A stretch of DNA of 64,000 nucleotides, taken from the NCBI GenBank assembly GCA_026770705.1, contig JANJGN010000071.1, positions 1,054,001 through 1,118,000 of the forward strand. The letters run 5' to 3'. The DNA is from Isurus oxyrinchus (taxonomy: Eukaryota). Every line of letters begins with the position of its first letter. Position 1 is the stretch's first letter. The translations under genes were made by a program, and so were the position numbers. The notes beneath the pieces were generated by a model that made no database searches, was not told where the DNA came from, and saw only the letters and a program-made list of their open reading frames with translations. Positions 22,440-36,404 of the stretch are shown here, piece by piece.

Positions 22440-25345
22440 GTTGGAACAAATGAATGAAGTTATAGCACAAATAGAGATTAATGGGTACGATAAGATGGAC
22501 ACTGCAGAGAGTTGGTTGCAAAGTGACCAAGGTTGGAAATTGAAAATTGAAGGATATTTGGAATCTTTGAAAGGATAGGAAAAATGAAAAGGAGGTGGGG
22601 TAGCTCTCTTAATAAAAGATGAGACCTGTAAAGTAGTGAGAAATGATTTTGGCTCAGATGTCAAGATGCACAGTCAGTTTGGGTGAACATAAGGAATTGC
22701 AAGGGAAAGAAATCACTGGTGGGTTGGTTTATACTCCCCCCTGAATGTAGTTACACTGCAGGGGTAGATTATAAATCAATACATGAGGAGGTTTATGAGA
22801 AAGGCACCACATTAATCATGGGAGTTTTCAATCGTCATATGGATTAGCCAAATCAGATTAGCAAATGTAGCTTTCAGCGAGGTTATACAGATTGTATTCA
22901 GGACAGTATTTTAGAACAATCCAACATGGAACCAACCAGGGAAGAGGCTGTTTTAGTCCTGGCAATGTTTAATGAGACAAGACTAATTAACATCTCATTG
23001 TAAAGGACCCTCAAGGGAAGAGTAATCATACGGTGTTGAAATTTAATATTCAGTTTAGAAACTTGGGTCTTAAGCTAGTGTCATAAACTTAACTAAAGGC
23101 AATTACAAGGGTTAAAAGTAGAGTCGGCCCAAGTAGAGTGGGACAGCAGGTTAAAGGGGGGTGGGTAGGTGAAGAGTAATAGGCATCTAAAGAGATGTTT
23201 CATAAATTCCAATGAAGATATTTTCCAGTAAGAAAGAAAGAATCTATAAAAAGGATGGAGCATCGGTGGCTAACTCAGGAAGCTAAGGACGGTATCCAAT
23301 TGTGAGATAAAGCCGGCAATGTTGGGATGCTTAGTGATAGGCTGGAGATTGGGAATATTTGAGAAACCAGAAAAGTGAGGGGAGAAATATAAGGAGGCAG
23401 AAATGATGATATGAGAGTAAACTAGCAAGAACCATAAACAATGACAGTGAGATGTTGTACATTAAAATAAGAGAGAAGCTACAGTAATAATGGGACACAT
23501 AGAAAATCAGACTGGGGAATTAATAATGGGGAACAAGAAAATGACAGAGACATTCAACAAGAATTTTGTGTCTGTCTTCACAGTAAAAATCTCTAAAACC
23601 ATCCCAATAGCAGGAGAAAGTCACGGTGCAACAAGGAGGGAGGAACATAAAACAATCACTATCACCAGAGAAAAAGTATTAAGAAAACTAATGAGACAAA
23701 TGCTGACAAGTCCCATGGAGCAGACGGCCTGAATGTGAGGGTCTGAAAGGAAATGGCTGCAGAGACGGTGGATGCATTGGTTGTAATCTTCCAGAATTCC
23801 TTAGATTATGGGAAGGTCCCAGCGGATTGGAAAAACATAAATGAAACACCTCTGTTCAATAAAGGGAGGAGGCAGAAAGCAAGAAACCACAGGTCAGTTA
23901 GTCTAATATCTGTCATTGGGAAAATACCAGAATTCATTATGAAGGAGGGAGCAGCAGGACATTTAGAAAACCATAATTCAATCAGACAGAGTCAACATGG
24001 GTTTGTGAAAGGGATATCATGTTTGAAAAAATAATTAGATTTCCTCGAGGATGTAACAAGTGGATTGGATAATGGGGAACCTGTAGATGTGGTGTATTAG
24101 GGACTATGACACAGCCAAGGGTAAAGGCTGAGTTGTTCAAATCCCAGAGGGAAAATTGAAACAACTGTCATAACCCAATTTTGCTATTTGTAATTTCGAG
24201 ATGAAGACTTTGATTTCAGTAGGAATAAGACCACCGAGGATTGTGGGTTTTTTATATAAAACTAAATAGACCATTTATTAACTTAACAACAAAATTAACA
24301 TATACACATTGGCTACAAATAACTACTATAATAACTTTTTAACAAATCCCCCAACTAATCATCCCCATGTAAATCTCTACTAAGGCAACAATGAACCATT
24401 GACATAATATAGACACCAGGCAAAGCACATTTGACATTACGAATTCCGAATGAGGTTCCTTTGCAAGTTGGTTGGAGGCTACAGGCTGGTTCGGTCTGAA
24501 ATGCTCCTGCCTCACACACACAAACTCCTTCCTTTATATAGCTAGCTTTCCCTTTGAATGTAAATTTTCCATTGTATCACTCGGACTTCTGAACTCCAGC
24601 TCTTCGAACAATAAAACCCCCTTTCATAGCACCAATTTCATTAGTAAGTTCAAGAAAAAACACATCTTTTGGCTCCTTCTAACTAGGTGCAAGATTTTAC
24701 CCCCAGTCTGGAATGGTTTATTCAACAATTGCAAATGAACACTTTACTGTTCTCCTCACAATTCACCCAATTAACATCTCAAAACTACTAAACATCAAAG
24801 CACACAGACCAGCTGGCTTTAATCCAATTAAGACACACACAGACACACACCTATACATGGACCACCACTAGAATTCTATTTTAAATAATAATTTCCAAGC
24901 ATATTTCACACACAAATATCTCTTCATGACACTGGATTTCCAAAAGGCATTCGATAAGGCCCCACATCAAAGGATACTGCACAGGGTGAAATTGGATGGT
25001 GTTGGAGGGGATATATTAATATGGATAGAGGACTGGCTAACTGACAGGAAACAGAGAGCCAGGATAAATGGGTGATTTTCAGCTTGGTAAACTGTAACTA
25101 GTGGAGAGCCACAGGGATCAGTGCTGAGGCCTCAACTAGTCACAATCTACATTAGTGACTTGGATGAAGGGACTGACTGTACTGTAGGCAGATTTTCTGA
25201 CTGTGCGGTGAAGATAGGTAGGAAATATATAAGCTGGGCAGGAAAGCAAATTGTGAGGAGGACATAAAGAGGCTGCAGAGGGAGATAAATAGTTTCAGTG
25301 AGTGGATAAAATAATGAGTGGATGGAATATAAGGAGTGAAAATGT
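22440..25345 (+). mobile_element. Degenerate CR1 LINE ORF2 (endonuclease + RT), interrupted by an LTR
   Basis: GGGVALLIK endonuclease motif; PADWKNINETPLFNKG...SVSLISVIGK...QHGFVKG; VDVVY | LDFQKAFDK split by the insert. Confidence 0.85.
24105..24931 (-). mobile_element. Solo LTR nested in CR1 RT
   Basis: tatgacacagcc...aaatcccagagggaaa...tcatgaca, homologous to 19732-20489; separates the CR1 VDVVY and LDFQKAFD codons. Confidence 0.7.
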
Positions 25346-25444
25346 CAGGGTGTCCAGCTGATCCTACTTGTTCTGTTCTTATATTCTTATACAGACACAG
25401 GGTTTACTGACAGTGCACAGCAAAGTGCTGTTCACTCACTTTGT

Positions 25445-25588
25445 TCCAACTTCCTCATTTTGTCTCACAGAGACACATCAGCTCTTTCTAATTAAATACA
25501 CAGAGGGAGCAGCACAGGAAGAGGTCATTCAGCCCAAGCAGAGCGTGTGGGCAGTTCCTCCCCAGGCGAGCAGTCGGACAGGTCCTGG
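25445..25588 (+). promoter_or_regulatory. Gene A putative promoter and non-coding exon 1
   Basis: PU.1/ETS site aacttcctcattt at 25448-25460, TATA-like attaaata at ~25491, donor ctgg|gtaagt at 25588; conserved upstream of gene D. Confidence 0.6.
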
Positions 25589-26021
25589 GTAAGTAACGGA
25601 ACGATTGGAATTCACTTCCACGACCAACACCGTCCTTTGCTGATGTTGTGACTTTATAAAGACAGATTCCAATGATTGATGCCTTTGAAAGATTTCTACT
25701 GATTATTGAGATCTGGGTGTGAGGCTCAAGTCTGTTGTACAGAACATCTTTCTAGCTCAAGGGACATGAGCTTGGGGATGGCCTGAGGTGGTGAAAGCGG
25801 CTATAGAAATGCAAGTCCTTCATTGTTTTTCTTTCTGAAAGCCTTGTAACTCTCTGCAGAGCACCAATCATCCCACAGAGAATCAAATTAGTCTGTGAAG
25901 ATATTGTCTAAAAGCAGTTCTGATCTCTCGAGAGCATTCGGACAAGAGGTGAGGTCTCATTAACTCCTTTCTCTTTCAGAACTTCAGAGTTAGAAGCTGA
26001 GGAAATATCTGAGAGTGGACC

Positions 26022-26061
26022 ATGATTCGGAAATCTTACTTCCTCCTGTCACTTCTCCAAG
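26022..26061 (+). CDS. Gene A (Siglec-like) signal-peptide exon, coding part MIRKSYFLLSLLQ
   Basis: Acceptor ctctttcag at 25979; ggaccATG; phase-1 donor CAAG|gtaata; in frame with the V-set exon. Confidence 0.85.
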
Positions 26062-26933
26062 GTAATACCATCGTCAGCTCGGACAGATTTATGGTTAATA
26101 GTCTTTGTAAAAGATCATTCTTATTGAGCTCTGATAGGGAACTGATTCAGCAGTGATCCAGTGTACAAACTCACACCAAGTCCCATTCACCCATCACCCC
26201 TGTGCTCACTGATATACACTGACTCCCTGTCTGACAGCAGAATTGGAGGACAGCAGAGGTCTTGCAGGGTTGTAGGGGCTGAAGGAGTGTACAGGGATAG
26301 GCAGGTTTGTAGCAGCTAGAGCAGAATCTTAAAATTCAGTTGTTGTCGGACGTTGGTCACTGAGCGATGGGGATTGATGGGTTGAGTAGAGAAGCAGAGA
26401 TAAATACTGGTGGATGAAGCCTATCCTAATGCGAGGTCTCCAATAGCAATGGCCTGAAATTTTTGTTCTTTGCTGCCTGTATTCAAAATTACCCATGAAG
26501 ACAACACAGCAGCTCCCAGAATAGACAGGCTGTTCAGTGTCACACTTCCTGTCCATTCTCACCTTGCTAGATACTTCAATAAGGGAGCAAGATAACTGAA
26601 AGAGAGAAGAAGATGAAGCCGTTTGTGTGTAATTCTGTCAAATATTCCGAGTTATCATGAGTGTCTCTGATCTGCTGCAGAGTTTAAATTTCACAGAATC
26701 TGAGCACTTTGCAGCTCAGAGAGAGACCATTGACTCACTGCCTGAAAGGGCGGTGGAAGCAGATTCAACAGGAACTTTCAGAAGGGGAACTGGATAAATA
26801 CTTGAAGGGAAATTTGCAGGGCTGTGTGAAAGGTGCTGGAGAGGAATTGGGAAAGAGCCAGCACATGCACGATGGGTCAAATGAGCTCCTCCTGTGTTGT
26901 ATCATTCAACAATCAGACAATTTAAGACCCTTG

Positions 26934-28157
26934 TCAGCAAATCTTCAGAATCCTGCTGAATCACAGATGTTTCAGAAGGACAGGGAACAAGAGGTTTCTG
27001 GTATCAGCGTTTCATGTGGGGCCCAGTTCAGTTTGAACAAAAAAATGACAACAGCATCTTTGAAAGTCATGAACCCACCACAGCGGCACCTCCGACACAT
27101 GCAGAGCTCAGGCTAGAGGCGCTTTGTTAGTGTGTTTCACAGTGTCTGCTGGTGTAGGGTCAGTGCTGAGCTTGGGGACAAGTCAGTCTACAATGCTGCA
27201 TCGGAATCAACAATACAACAATATGGGGTTTGGATCAGAAATAATCCCTTAGACAATGAGGATCCAAAGAGATTCCTTAGACAATGAGGATCCAAAGAGA
27301 TTCCTTTGGCAGTAAGAATCCAAAGAGATTCCTTATTCCATCGGTTGTCTAACTGGGGTCCATGATTTTCCAAGGGGTCCTTGGCAGAATCAAATTATCG
27401 AGCAATAGTGTGTAAAACACCGGAGAGAACGGGAAAGGTGGGATCAATGGAAAACTGTTCACTCTGTTTACACTAATGGGAGTTAGTCTCAGTAATGGAG
27501 ACCATGAAACTATCATCGATTGTCATACACACCCATCTGGTTCACTAATGGCCTTTAGGGAAGGAAATCTGCCGTCTATATCTGGTCTGGCCTACATGTG
27601 ACTCCAGACTCATAGCAACGTGGTTCCTCTGAAATGTCCGAGCAAACCATCCAGTTCTCACCATGCTAGAAACTTCAATAAGGGAGTAAGATAACTGAAA
27701 GAGAGAAGGAAGGTAAAGCTGCTCATGTGGATAGATGTCAAATATCCTGAGTGATCATGATTGTCTCTACTCTGCTACAGAGATTATGTCACGGGACATT
27801 AGAGATGGGCAGCAAATGCTGGCCTTGGCAGCGACGCCCACATCCCATGAATGAATACATTTACAAAATCTTATTACTTGGAAGGTGCAAGTGCAGGTTG
27901 TTATGATCCTTGAGCAGACCCTCTCAGCACTGACCCTACTCCAGCAGACCCTGTGAAACACACTAACAAAGCGCCTCTCGCCTGAGCTCTGCATGTGTCG
28001 GAGGTGCCGCTGTGGTGGGTTCATGACTTTCAAAGATGGTGTTGTTTATTTGTTCAAACTGAACTGGGCCCCACACAAAACGCTGATACCAGAAACCTCT
28101 TGTTCCCTGTCCTTCTGAAATATCCGTGACTTCAGCAGGATTCTGAAGAGTTGCTGA
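26934..28157. repeat. ~235-bp inverted repeat (26934-27170 / 27923-28157) in gene A intron 2
   Basis: Arms are reverse complements; both give the peptide KVMNPPQRHLRHMQSSG on opposite strands in the ORF track. Confidence 0.85.
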
Positions 28158-29519
28158 TGGAGGAACAGACACCCAATTTTTTTTGATAATTTACAGTTAG
28201 GAACCAATAATATTTTGTTTCAAGTAGACGAGGTTTGAGATTTAAGACGCTTGCAAAGAGAATAGAGCTACAAGATTCCATGGCTTTTAAACAAACAAAA
28301 ATAAACTTTACTGCACCAGCTCAGAAAGATAAAATAATTCACAATGTCCACCTTATACCCTAACATGCTGGGTTAATATGAGCTCATGTGAATTAACAGG
28401 CAAACTGTGGTCTCACAGCCAAACTACTCATTAAATTGTAAACGCGACCAAGATAGAGCCCATGGATTTCACAACAACCCACCCGGACATCAGTGAACAC
28501 TGTCAGTCAACCAATCTCACTGAAACTCTGTTTCTCTCATGAGGGATTCCAGTCTTCAACTTCGAAGATCTTGCCTCGGAATTCTCTCCAAAAGTCGCTT
28601 CAACTCGGATGGCCTCAGTGACGTTCCACCTCACAGGGTTTCTATCTCTTCTCCTGAGGCTCCATTGCCCTGGATTCCCGACTATATACTCAAGCACCAC
28701 TAGGTTTAGATGAAAGGTTTTGATTGACTGGGTAGACAGAGAATGTTCCCTCTTGTGGGCAGGAGAATAACTAGAGGCCGAGTGATTGGTGATTCCTTAA
28801 ACATTGAAGAGGGAATGAACACCAATCAGATTGAATCAGATTAGCCAATCAGCTGTGTTGAAGAGCAGACAGGAATGTTAGGCTAATTAGTGATTCATGA
28901 CGGTGATAATGGGGGGAGTTCTGAGGGCTCCTAATCCATTGTCCTGTCTTGTAAATCAGCACTGAATGGATCTCAATTGGTGCGTCTTGTAGACACTGTG
29001 TTGGGTGGAAGACTGGCTTCACTAAGGGGAAGTGGTAGCAGAGAGGTATTGTCACTGGGCTAGTATTCCAGAGGCCCAGGGTGATGCTCTGGGGCCCTGG
29101 GTGTGAATCTTATCACAGCAGATGAATGGGATTAAAAAGCCTGGTTCACTGATCACCTATAGGGAAGGAAATCTGCCACTCTTACCCAGTCTGGCCTACA
29201 TGTCACTTCAAACCCAAAGCTATGTGGTTGACTCTTAAATACCTCTGGTGGACATGGGATGGGTAATAAATCCCATGAATGAATAATTTGAAAAAAAGCT
29301 AAACAGTGTCCTGAGGACCATGAGCTAATGTAGAATGAACTTGTCCACTCCTGCGTCCAGGATTCTCTTCCATCCATTGTGAAACCTTGAGGAGTTCCTT
29401 GTGTGTCCTGTAGATGGTCCACACTGCAGCCAATGTGCCCCAGTGATGGAGGGGGTGGATATCAAGTCTAATGGATTGAAAAAACATCCAGAATTAAGTA
29501 TTGATATTTCTCTCCACAG

Positions 29520-29885
29520 TTGGACTGTCACAAGAGTGGAAAGGTGACACTCCACGAGAGGTGACAGCGCAGGAAGGTTCCTGTGTACAGATTCCATGTC
29601 ATTACAGTTATCCATCACATTTGGAAAAGCAACCACGAGTTGGAATCTGGTTTAATAATGAGGAATGGAGAACATCGTCTATAGCCTTTCACTCCAAGGA
29701 TCACAGTCACGAGTTACCTCGGTTCCACCATCGGACCCGGCTGTCTGGAGACCTGAAAGATGGTGACTGTTCCCTGATTATAAAGAACATCAGACGGGAA
29801 GATGCAGGACCTTATTTTTTCAGAATAGAATTTGACAGCAGAAATAAATACAGCTACTATCCTGTAACCCAGCTTCACGTTTCTG
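29520..29885 (+). CDS. Gene A Siglec V-set (sialic acid-binding) domain exon
   Basis: EGSCVQIPC, GIWF, GDLKDGDCSL, EDAGPYFFRIE (essential Arg), NKYSY; 366 nt, phase 1-1, canonical ag/gtaag. Confidence 0.93.
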
Positions 29886-30743
29886 GTAAGTGCTGTGTTA
29901 TAATTACTCAACAATTCACATCCAACACTCAATGGGAAACAACACAAACTGTGACGTTTACATATTAACACAAAACACAGCTTATTATAACACATTGTCT
30001 GATTCTCAATAACCTGCTGACAGCTTCCAGTTCAGTCCTAAAGCAACCTCTAAAATCACTTTAATATCAATGATGAAAAGCATTAACTGTATTATCAGGT
30101 TATCCACTCCCATCAATCTCTCCTGTCCTGTTTAAAAGTCTGACTTATCGATAAAAGAAAGATGTGCATTTCTGCAGCGCAATTTACCACCTCAGGAGGA
30201 TCCAAATCCCTTCACAGCCAATGAAATTATTCCTGAATTGTAGTCACAGATGTTAAACACAGCAGGCAGTTTGTGCACAGCAAGATCCAACAAACCACAA
30301 GGTGATAAATCACCCAGATCACTGAGGAAATGAGAAGCCAGTGAACTCAAACCTCTGGTCTGATGAAGAGTCATACGGACTCGAAACGTTAACCCTGTCT
30401 TCCTCTCCACTGATACTATCAGACCTGCTGAGTCTTTCCAGCAATTTTTGTTTTGGTTTCAGATTTCCAGCATCCGCAGTATTCTGCTTTTAACTCCAAT
30501 CTCTGGTCTGAGCCTCTTCTCTCATCCAGTGTTCTCAATTCACATGTCTCGGAGTGAACGTGTATTAAGCTGAGAGACAGAAACACTACTGCCAAAGAGC
30601 AAGAAAATCTTTCCTGATCATTGTAACCTCTCAGTTCTGATATCATCCTTGTAAAAGTGCTTTCTCTTGTGGGACTGTGGTTTCTATTTGAACTGATGCT
30701 TCACGTTATATTTCTCTAAAAGGATCCATTCTCTGTCTGTTAG

Positions 30744-31040
30744 ATTTCACAGATAAACCCATGATATTCCCTGCTGAAATTATTGCAGGAAAGCGTGTGG
30801 ATGTAAGCTGCACCTTCAACACAACGTGCAATGGAACAGCAGCACCTGTCTTAACCTTGGACACTCCCACTGACGTACGTGGATCAGTCTCAAACACTGT
30901 AACTCAGCATGGTGTCACTCTGACCTATACTTCTGTTCTGACCCTGATCCCATCACTCAAACACCACGGACACACACTCAGCTGCAGAGTGAGATATCCA
31001 TCTGTTTCATCGGAGCGGACCCTCGTACTAACTGTGCAAG
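30744..31040 (+). CDS. Gene A Siglec domain-2 C2-set exon
   Basis: DFTDKP...VSCTFNTTCNGTAAP (extra Cys for the D1-D2 disulfide)...TSVLTLIPSLKHHGHTLSCRV; 297 nt, phase 1-1. Confidence 0.92.
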
Positions 31041-31259
31041 GTAAGAATGGACACCCTTCATTCTACATTAGCTAGAAAGCTCTACATAGTACATTGCAAG
31101 ATCCCACAACTGCATTGCGTTTAGCAACAAATCAATAGTCTTTAACTGATACAAATTCACCTCTGACACTGCAGCAGTCCCTGAATACTGATTCTCCAAC
31201 ACTGCAGCACTCCCTCAGTACTGAGTCTTGTTCACAATGAAATCTTTAATTGTTCTTAG

Positions 31260-31352
31260 ATGTACCACAGAATCTCTCATTTACTTCGCTTGATATGATT
31301 AATGCTTCATCGATCAATATAATTGAGGGGTTCATAACCATCACTGTGGAAT
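31260..31352 (+). CDS. Gene A internally deleted C2 mini-exon (31 aa); inclusion uncertain
   Basis: Start and end of the C2 repeat exon joined at gagggg (189 nt deleted); splice sites and frame intact. Confidence 0.5.
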
Positions 31353-32018
31353 GTGAGTTAATGCAAACTTCAACATCACTCACACACACGCACACACACA
31401 CACACACACACACATGCAGAAACACACACAATCTCAACTCACACAAGCACACACACACACACATGCATAGACAGACACACGTGCGCACACACACACAAAC
31501 ACACATGAGTGCGTGCACACACACAGATCCTTATTTTACAGAAACATACACACACAAGCCAACACACACATACACACACAAAAACATGTGGGTTCCCTCT
31601 CCTCTCCCAGTGCTGCACTGGAGTCTCAGTATCAGCTTCTATTCTTTGTTGATGAAAGGTAAACTCCAGATCATCAAGACACTGAACTGGATGGAGCAAC
31701 CTCCTGAAGAGTGAATTGTAGATTTACCCCTCAGTGCTCCATTGGTCAAATACAATTCATTGCCTTTGAAGCCCTTGGGGACATCCTGAGGATCTGAAAG
31801 GGAGTTTCCTGCATTCTAGATGGACACCTCCACTGGTGGGAGAATGTAACTGCAGTGTGACAGTTTACATAGGCAGTGCCCATTGTAAATGTGAAATAAG
31901 TTCTTATCCTGAGGGAATGTACCTGGAAATGCATTCAGACATCAGATACAGAGACATGATGCATGGAGTCTTGCTGTGCACTATATTTGCTCATATTAAA
32001 ATCTTTCTATGTTTATAG

Positions 32019-32300
32019 ATGCACCACGGAATCTCTCAATTACTTCTCTTGATATGATTAACGCTTTATCGATCGATGTAATTGAGGGGAATTCTGCAGT
32101 GATAATCTGCTCTGTCGAGAGCTTCCCAGCTTCTAACCTGACGTGGCGACATCTTAATGTCCCAATGAACAGAACAAGTTCCAGCAATGAGCTGTGGTTG
32201 GTGATTCCTCACGTTACATCCAGGGACACTGGAGACTATCAGTGTGTGGCAGAGAATGTATATGGAGCAGTGGAGGGGTTCATAACCATCACTGTGGAAC
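32019..32300 (+). CDS. Gene A C2 repeat exon 1
   Basis: 282 nt, phase 1-1; IICSVESFPASNLTW...DTGDYQCVAEN. Confidence 0.9.
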
Positions 32301-32326
32301 GTGAGTTACTGCAAACTTCAACATCA

Positions 32327-32373
<47 letters not shown>

Positions 32374-32980
32374 ACACACGTGCACACTACTCATAAACAT
32401 ACACACACATTCACTCATGCACAGAAATATACACAAAGACACACTCACATATGCGCAAACACATACACACATGCACACACAGACGCATGCGTGCATACTC
32501 ACACAAACACACTCACATGTGCAGAAACACAAACACAAACACATACACACACATGAGGTCCCTCTCCTCTCTCAGTGCCGCACTGGAGTCTTGGTATCAG
32601 CTCTGATTCTGTGTTGAAGGAAGGTAAACTCCAGATCAGCAAGACCCTGAATTGGATGAGCAACCTCCTGAACAGAGAAATGTAAATTTACCCCTCAGTG
32701 CTCCATCAATCAAATACAATTCATTCCCGTAAATCCCTTGGCAAAATCTTGAGGATGTGAAAGTTTCTTTCATTCTAGGTGGACAGCACCTCTACTGGTG
32801 GGAGAATGTAACTGTAGTTTGACTGTTTACATAGGCAGTGCCCATTATAAATTTGACAGTGGAAGTTATATGGAGGGAAGGTACCCGGAATTGCATACAG
32901 ACATCAGATACAGAGAGATGATGCATGGAGTCTTGCTGTAAATTGTGCTTGCTCACATTAAACACTTGATTTGTTTTTAG

Positions 32981-33262
32981 ATGCAGCACAGGATCTCTCA
33001 TTTACTTCACTTGAAATGATTAATGCTTCATCAATCAATATAATTGAGGGGAATTCTGCAGTGATAATCTGCTCTGTCGAGAGCTTCCCAGCTTCTAACC
33101 TGACGTGGCGACATCTTAATGTCCCAATGAACAGAACAAGTTGCAACAATGAGCTGTGGTTGGTGATTCCTCATGTTACATCCAGGGACACTGGAGACTA
33201 TCTGTGTGTGGCAGAGAATGAACATGGAGCAGTGGAGGGATTCATAACCATCACTGTGGAAT
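32981..33262 (+). CDS. Gene A C2 repeat exon 2
   Basis: 282 nt, phase 1-1; extra Cys (NRTSCNN), DYLC. Confidence 0.9.
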
Positions 33263-34005
33263 GTGAGTGCACACAGACATCTACATCACACAAACACACA
33301 CACACATGCAAAAACACTCATGTGTAGACACAAACATGCACGCTTACACACAAACATACGTTCAAACACATACACAGAAACACACACAAACTCAACTCAC
33401 ACATACAATCATTCATGCGCACACGTAGACACACGTATACACACACACTCCCTCAAGCACAGATGTACACACGCAGACCCACATACACACGCGTGCCCAC
33501 ACATGCGCAGACAGACACGCGCATACACACAAATACAAACTCACTTGTGCAGAAATACACACACACACACAAGTGTGAGATCCCTCTCCTCTCTCAGTGC
33601 TGCACTGGAGTTTTGGTATCAGCTCTGATTCTGTGTTGAAGGAAGGTAAACTCCAGATCAGCAAGACCCTGAATTGGATGAGCAACTTCCTGAACGGAGA
33701 ATTGTAGATTTACTCCTCAGTGCTCCATCGATCAAATACAATTCACGGGCTTTCAATCCCTTGGGGGCATCTTGAGAGTGTTAAAGGATGTTTGTTTCAT
33801 TCTAGGTGGACAGCAACTCTGTTGGTGGGAGAATGCAACTGCAGTGTGACAGTTTACATAGGAAGTGCCCATTATAAATGTGACAGTATTTTTTCCTGCG
33901 GGAAGGTACCTGGAAATGCATTCCAACATCAGATACAGAGAGATGATGCATGGAGTCTTGCTGTGCACTGTGCTTGCTCACAGTAAAATCTTTATTTGTT
34001 TTTAG

Positions 34006-34287
34006 ATGCTCCACAGAATCTCTCAATTACTTCTCTTGATATGATTAATGCTTCGTCGATCAATATAATTGAGGGGAATTCTGCAGTGATAATCTGCTCT
34101 GTCGAGAGCTTCCCAGCTTCTAACCTGACGTGGCGACATCTTAATGTCCCAATGAACAGAACCAGTTCCAACAATGAGCTGTGGTTAGTGATTCCTCACG
34201 TTACATCCAGGGACACTGGAGACTATCAGTGTGTGGCAGAGAATGAACATGGAGCAGTGGAGGGGTTCATAACCATCACTGTGGAAT
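34006..34287 (+). CDS. Gene A C2 repeat exon 3
   Basis: 282 nt, phase 1-1, intact. Confidence 0.9.
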
Positions 34288-34316
34288 GTGAGTTAACGCA
34301 AACTTCAACATCACTC

Positions 34317-34358
<42 letters not shown>

Positions 34359-35029
34359 ATGTAGGCACACACATGCATAATTATACACACACAGTCATAC
34401 ACGTACAAACACATACACAGGAAAATACACACCCATCTCAAACACACACATATTCATGCCCACACATAGACACACACATGCACATACTCTCACTCATGGA
34501 CAGACGTAGACACACAGACACACGCGCATGCACACACACAGATGCATGTGTGCATACACACACAAACACACTCACATGTGCAGTAACACAAACACACACA
34601 TACACACGCGTGAGTTCTCAGTGCTGCACTGGAGTCTTAGTATGAGTTCCGATTCTGTGTTGAAGGAAGGTAAACTCCAGATCAACAAGACCCTGAATCG
34701 GATGAGCAACCTCCTGAACAGAGAATTGTAGACTTACCCCTCAGTGCTCCATCGATCAAATACAATTCATTGCCTATCAAGCCCTTGGGGACATCCTGAG
34801 GATATGAAAGCAAACTTCTTTCATTCTAGATGGGCAACACCTCTGCTGGTGGGAGAATGCAATTGCAGTGTGACAGTTTACATAGGCAGTGTCAATTATA
34901 AATGTGCCATAAGACCTTATCCTGAGGGAAGTTACCTGGAAATGCATTCAGACATCAGACACAGAGACATGATGCATGGCGTCTTGTGCACTATGTTGCT
35001 CACGTTAAAATCTTTATATATATATATAG

Positions 35030-35311
35030 ATGCATCATTGAATCTCTCAATTAATTCTCTTGATATGATTAACGCTTCATCGATCAATATGATTGAGGGG
35101 AATTCTGCAGTGATAATCTGCTCTGTCAAGAGCTTCCCAGCTTCTAACCTGACGTGGCGACATCTTAATGTCCCAATGAACAGAACAGGTTCCAACAATG
35201 AGCTGTGGTTGGTGATTCCTCACGTTACATCCAGGGACACTGGAGACTATCAGTGTGTGGCAGAGAATGAACATGGAGCAGTGGAGGGGTTCATAACCAT
35301 CACTGTGGAAC
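35030..35311 (+). CDS. Gene A C2 repeat exon 4 (acceptor preceded by a (TA)n run)
   Basis: 282 nt open frame; weak polypyrimidine tract. Confidence 0.8.
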
Positions 35312-35357
35312 GTGAGTTAATGCCAACTCAACATCTCTCTCATACACGCACACACAC

Positions 35358-35393
<36 letters not shown>

Positions 35394-36122
35394 GCACACA
35401 CACACACACACTCATGTGTAGACACATACGTGCACATTTACACACACAGTCATACACGTGCAAAAACAGACACAGAAACACACATACACTCAACTCACAC
35501 GCACACACTCACACAGGCACACATATAGACATACACATGCACTCACGTTCACTCATGCACAGACGTATACACAAAGACACACTCACATATGCGCAAACAC
35601 ATACACACACGCACACACAGACACATGCGTGCATACACACACAAACACACTCACATGTGCAGAAACACAAACACACACATACACACGCATGAGGTCCCTC
35701 TCCTCTCTCAGGGCTGCACTGGAGTCTTGGTATCAGCTCCGATTCTGTGTTGAAGGAAGGTAAACTCCAGATCAACAAGACCCTGAATTGGATGGAGCAA
35801 CCTCCTGAACAGAGAATTGTAGACTTACCCCTCAGAGCTCCATCGATCAAATACAATTCATTGCCTATCAAGCCCTTGGCAAAATCCTGAGGATGTGCAA
35901 GGAAGTTTCTTTCATTCTAGGTGAACAGCACCTCTACTGGTGGGAGAATGTAACTGTAGTTTGACTGTTTACATAGGCAGTGCCCATTATAAATTTGACA
36001 GTGGAAGTTATATGGAGGGAAGGTATCTGGAAATGCATACAGACATCAGATACAGAGAGATGATGTATGGAGTCTTGCTGTGCATGCTGCTTGCTCACAT
36101 TAAAAACTTTATTTGTTTTTAG

Positions 36123-36404
36123 ATGCTCCACAGAATCTCTCAATTAATTCTCTTGATATGATTAATGCTTCATCGATCAATATAATTGAGGGGAATTCTG
36201 CAGTGATAATCTGCTCTGTCGAGAGCTTCCCAGCTTCTAACCTGACGTGGGGACATCTTAATGTCCCAATGAACAGAACAAGTTCCAACAATGAGCTGTG
36301 GTTGGTGATTCCTCACGTTACATCCAGGGACACTGGAGACTATCTGTGTGTGGCAGAGAATGAACATGGAGCAGTGGAGAGATTCATAACCATCACTGTG
36401 GAAT
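36123..36404 (+). CDS. Gene A C2 repeat exon 5 (chimeric)
   Basis: 282 nt; 5' part like exon 8, 3' part like exon 2. Confidence 0.88.
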
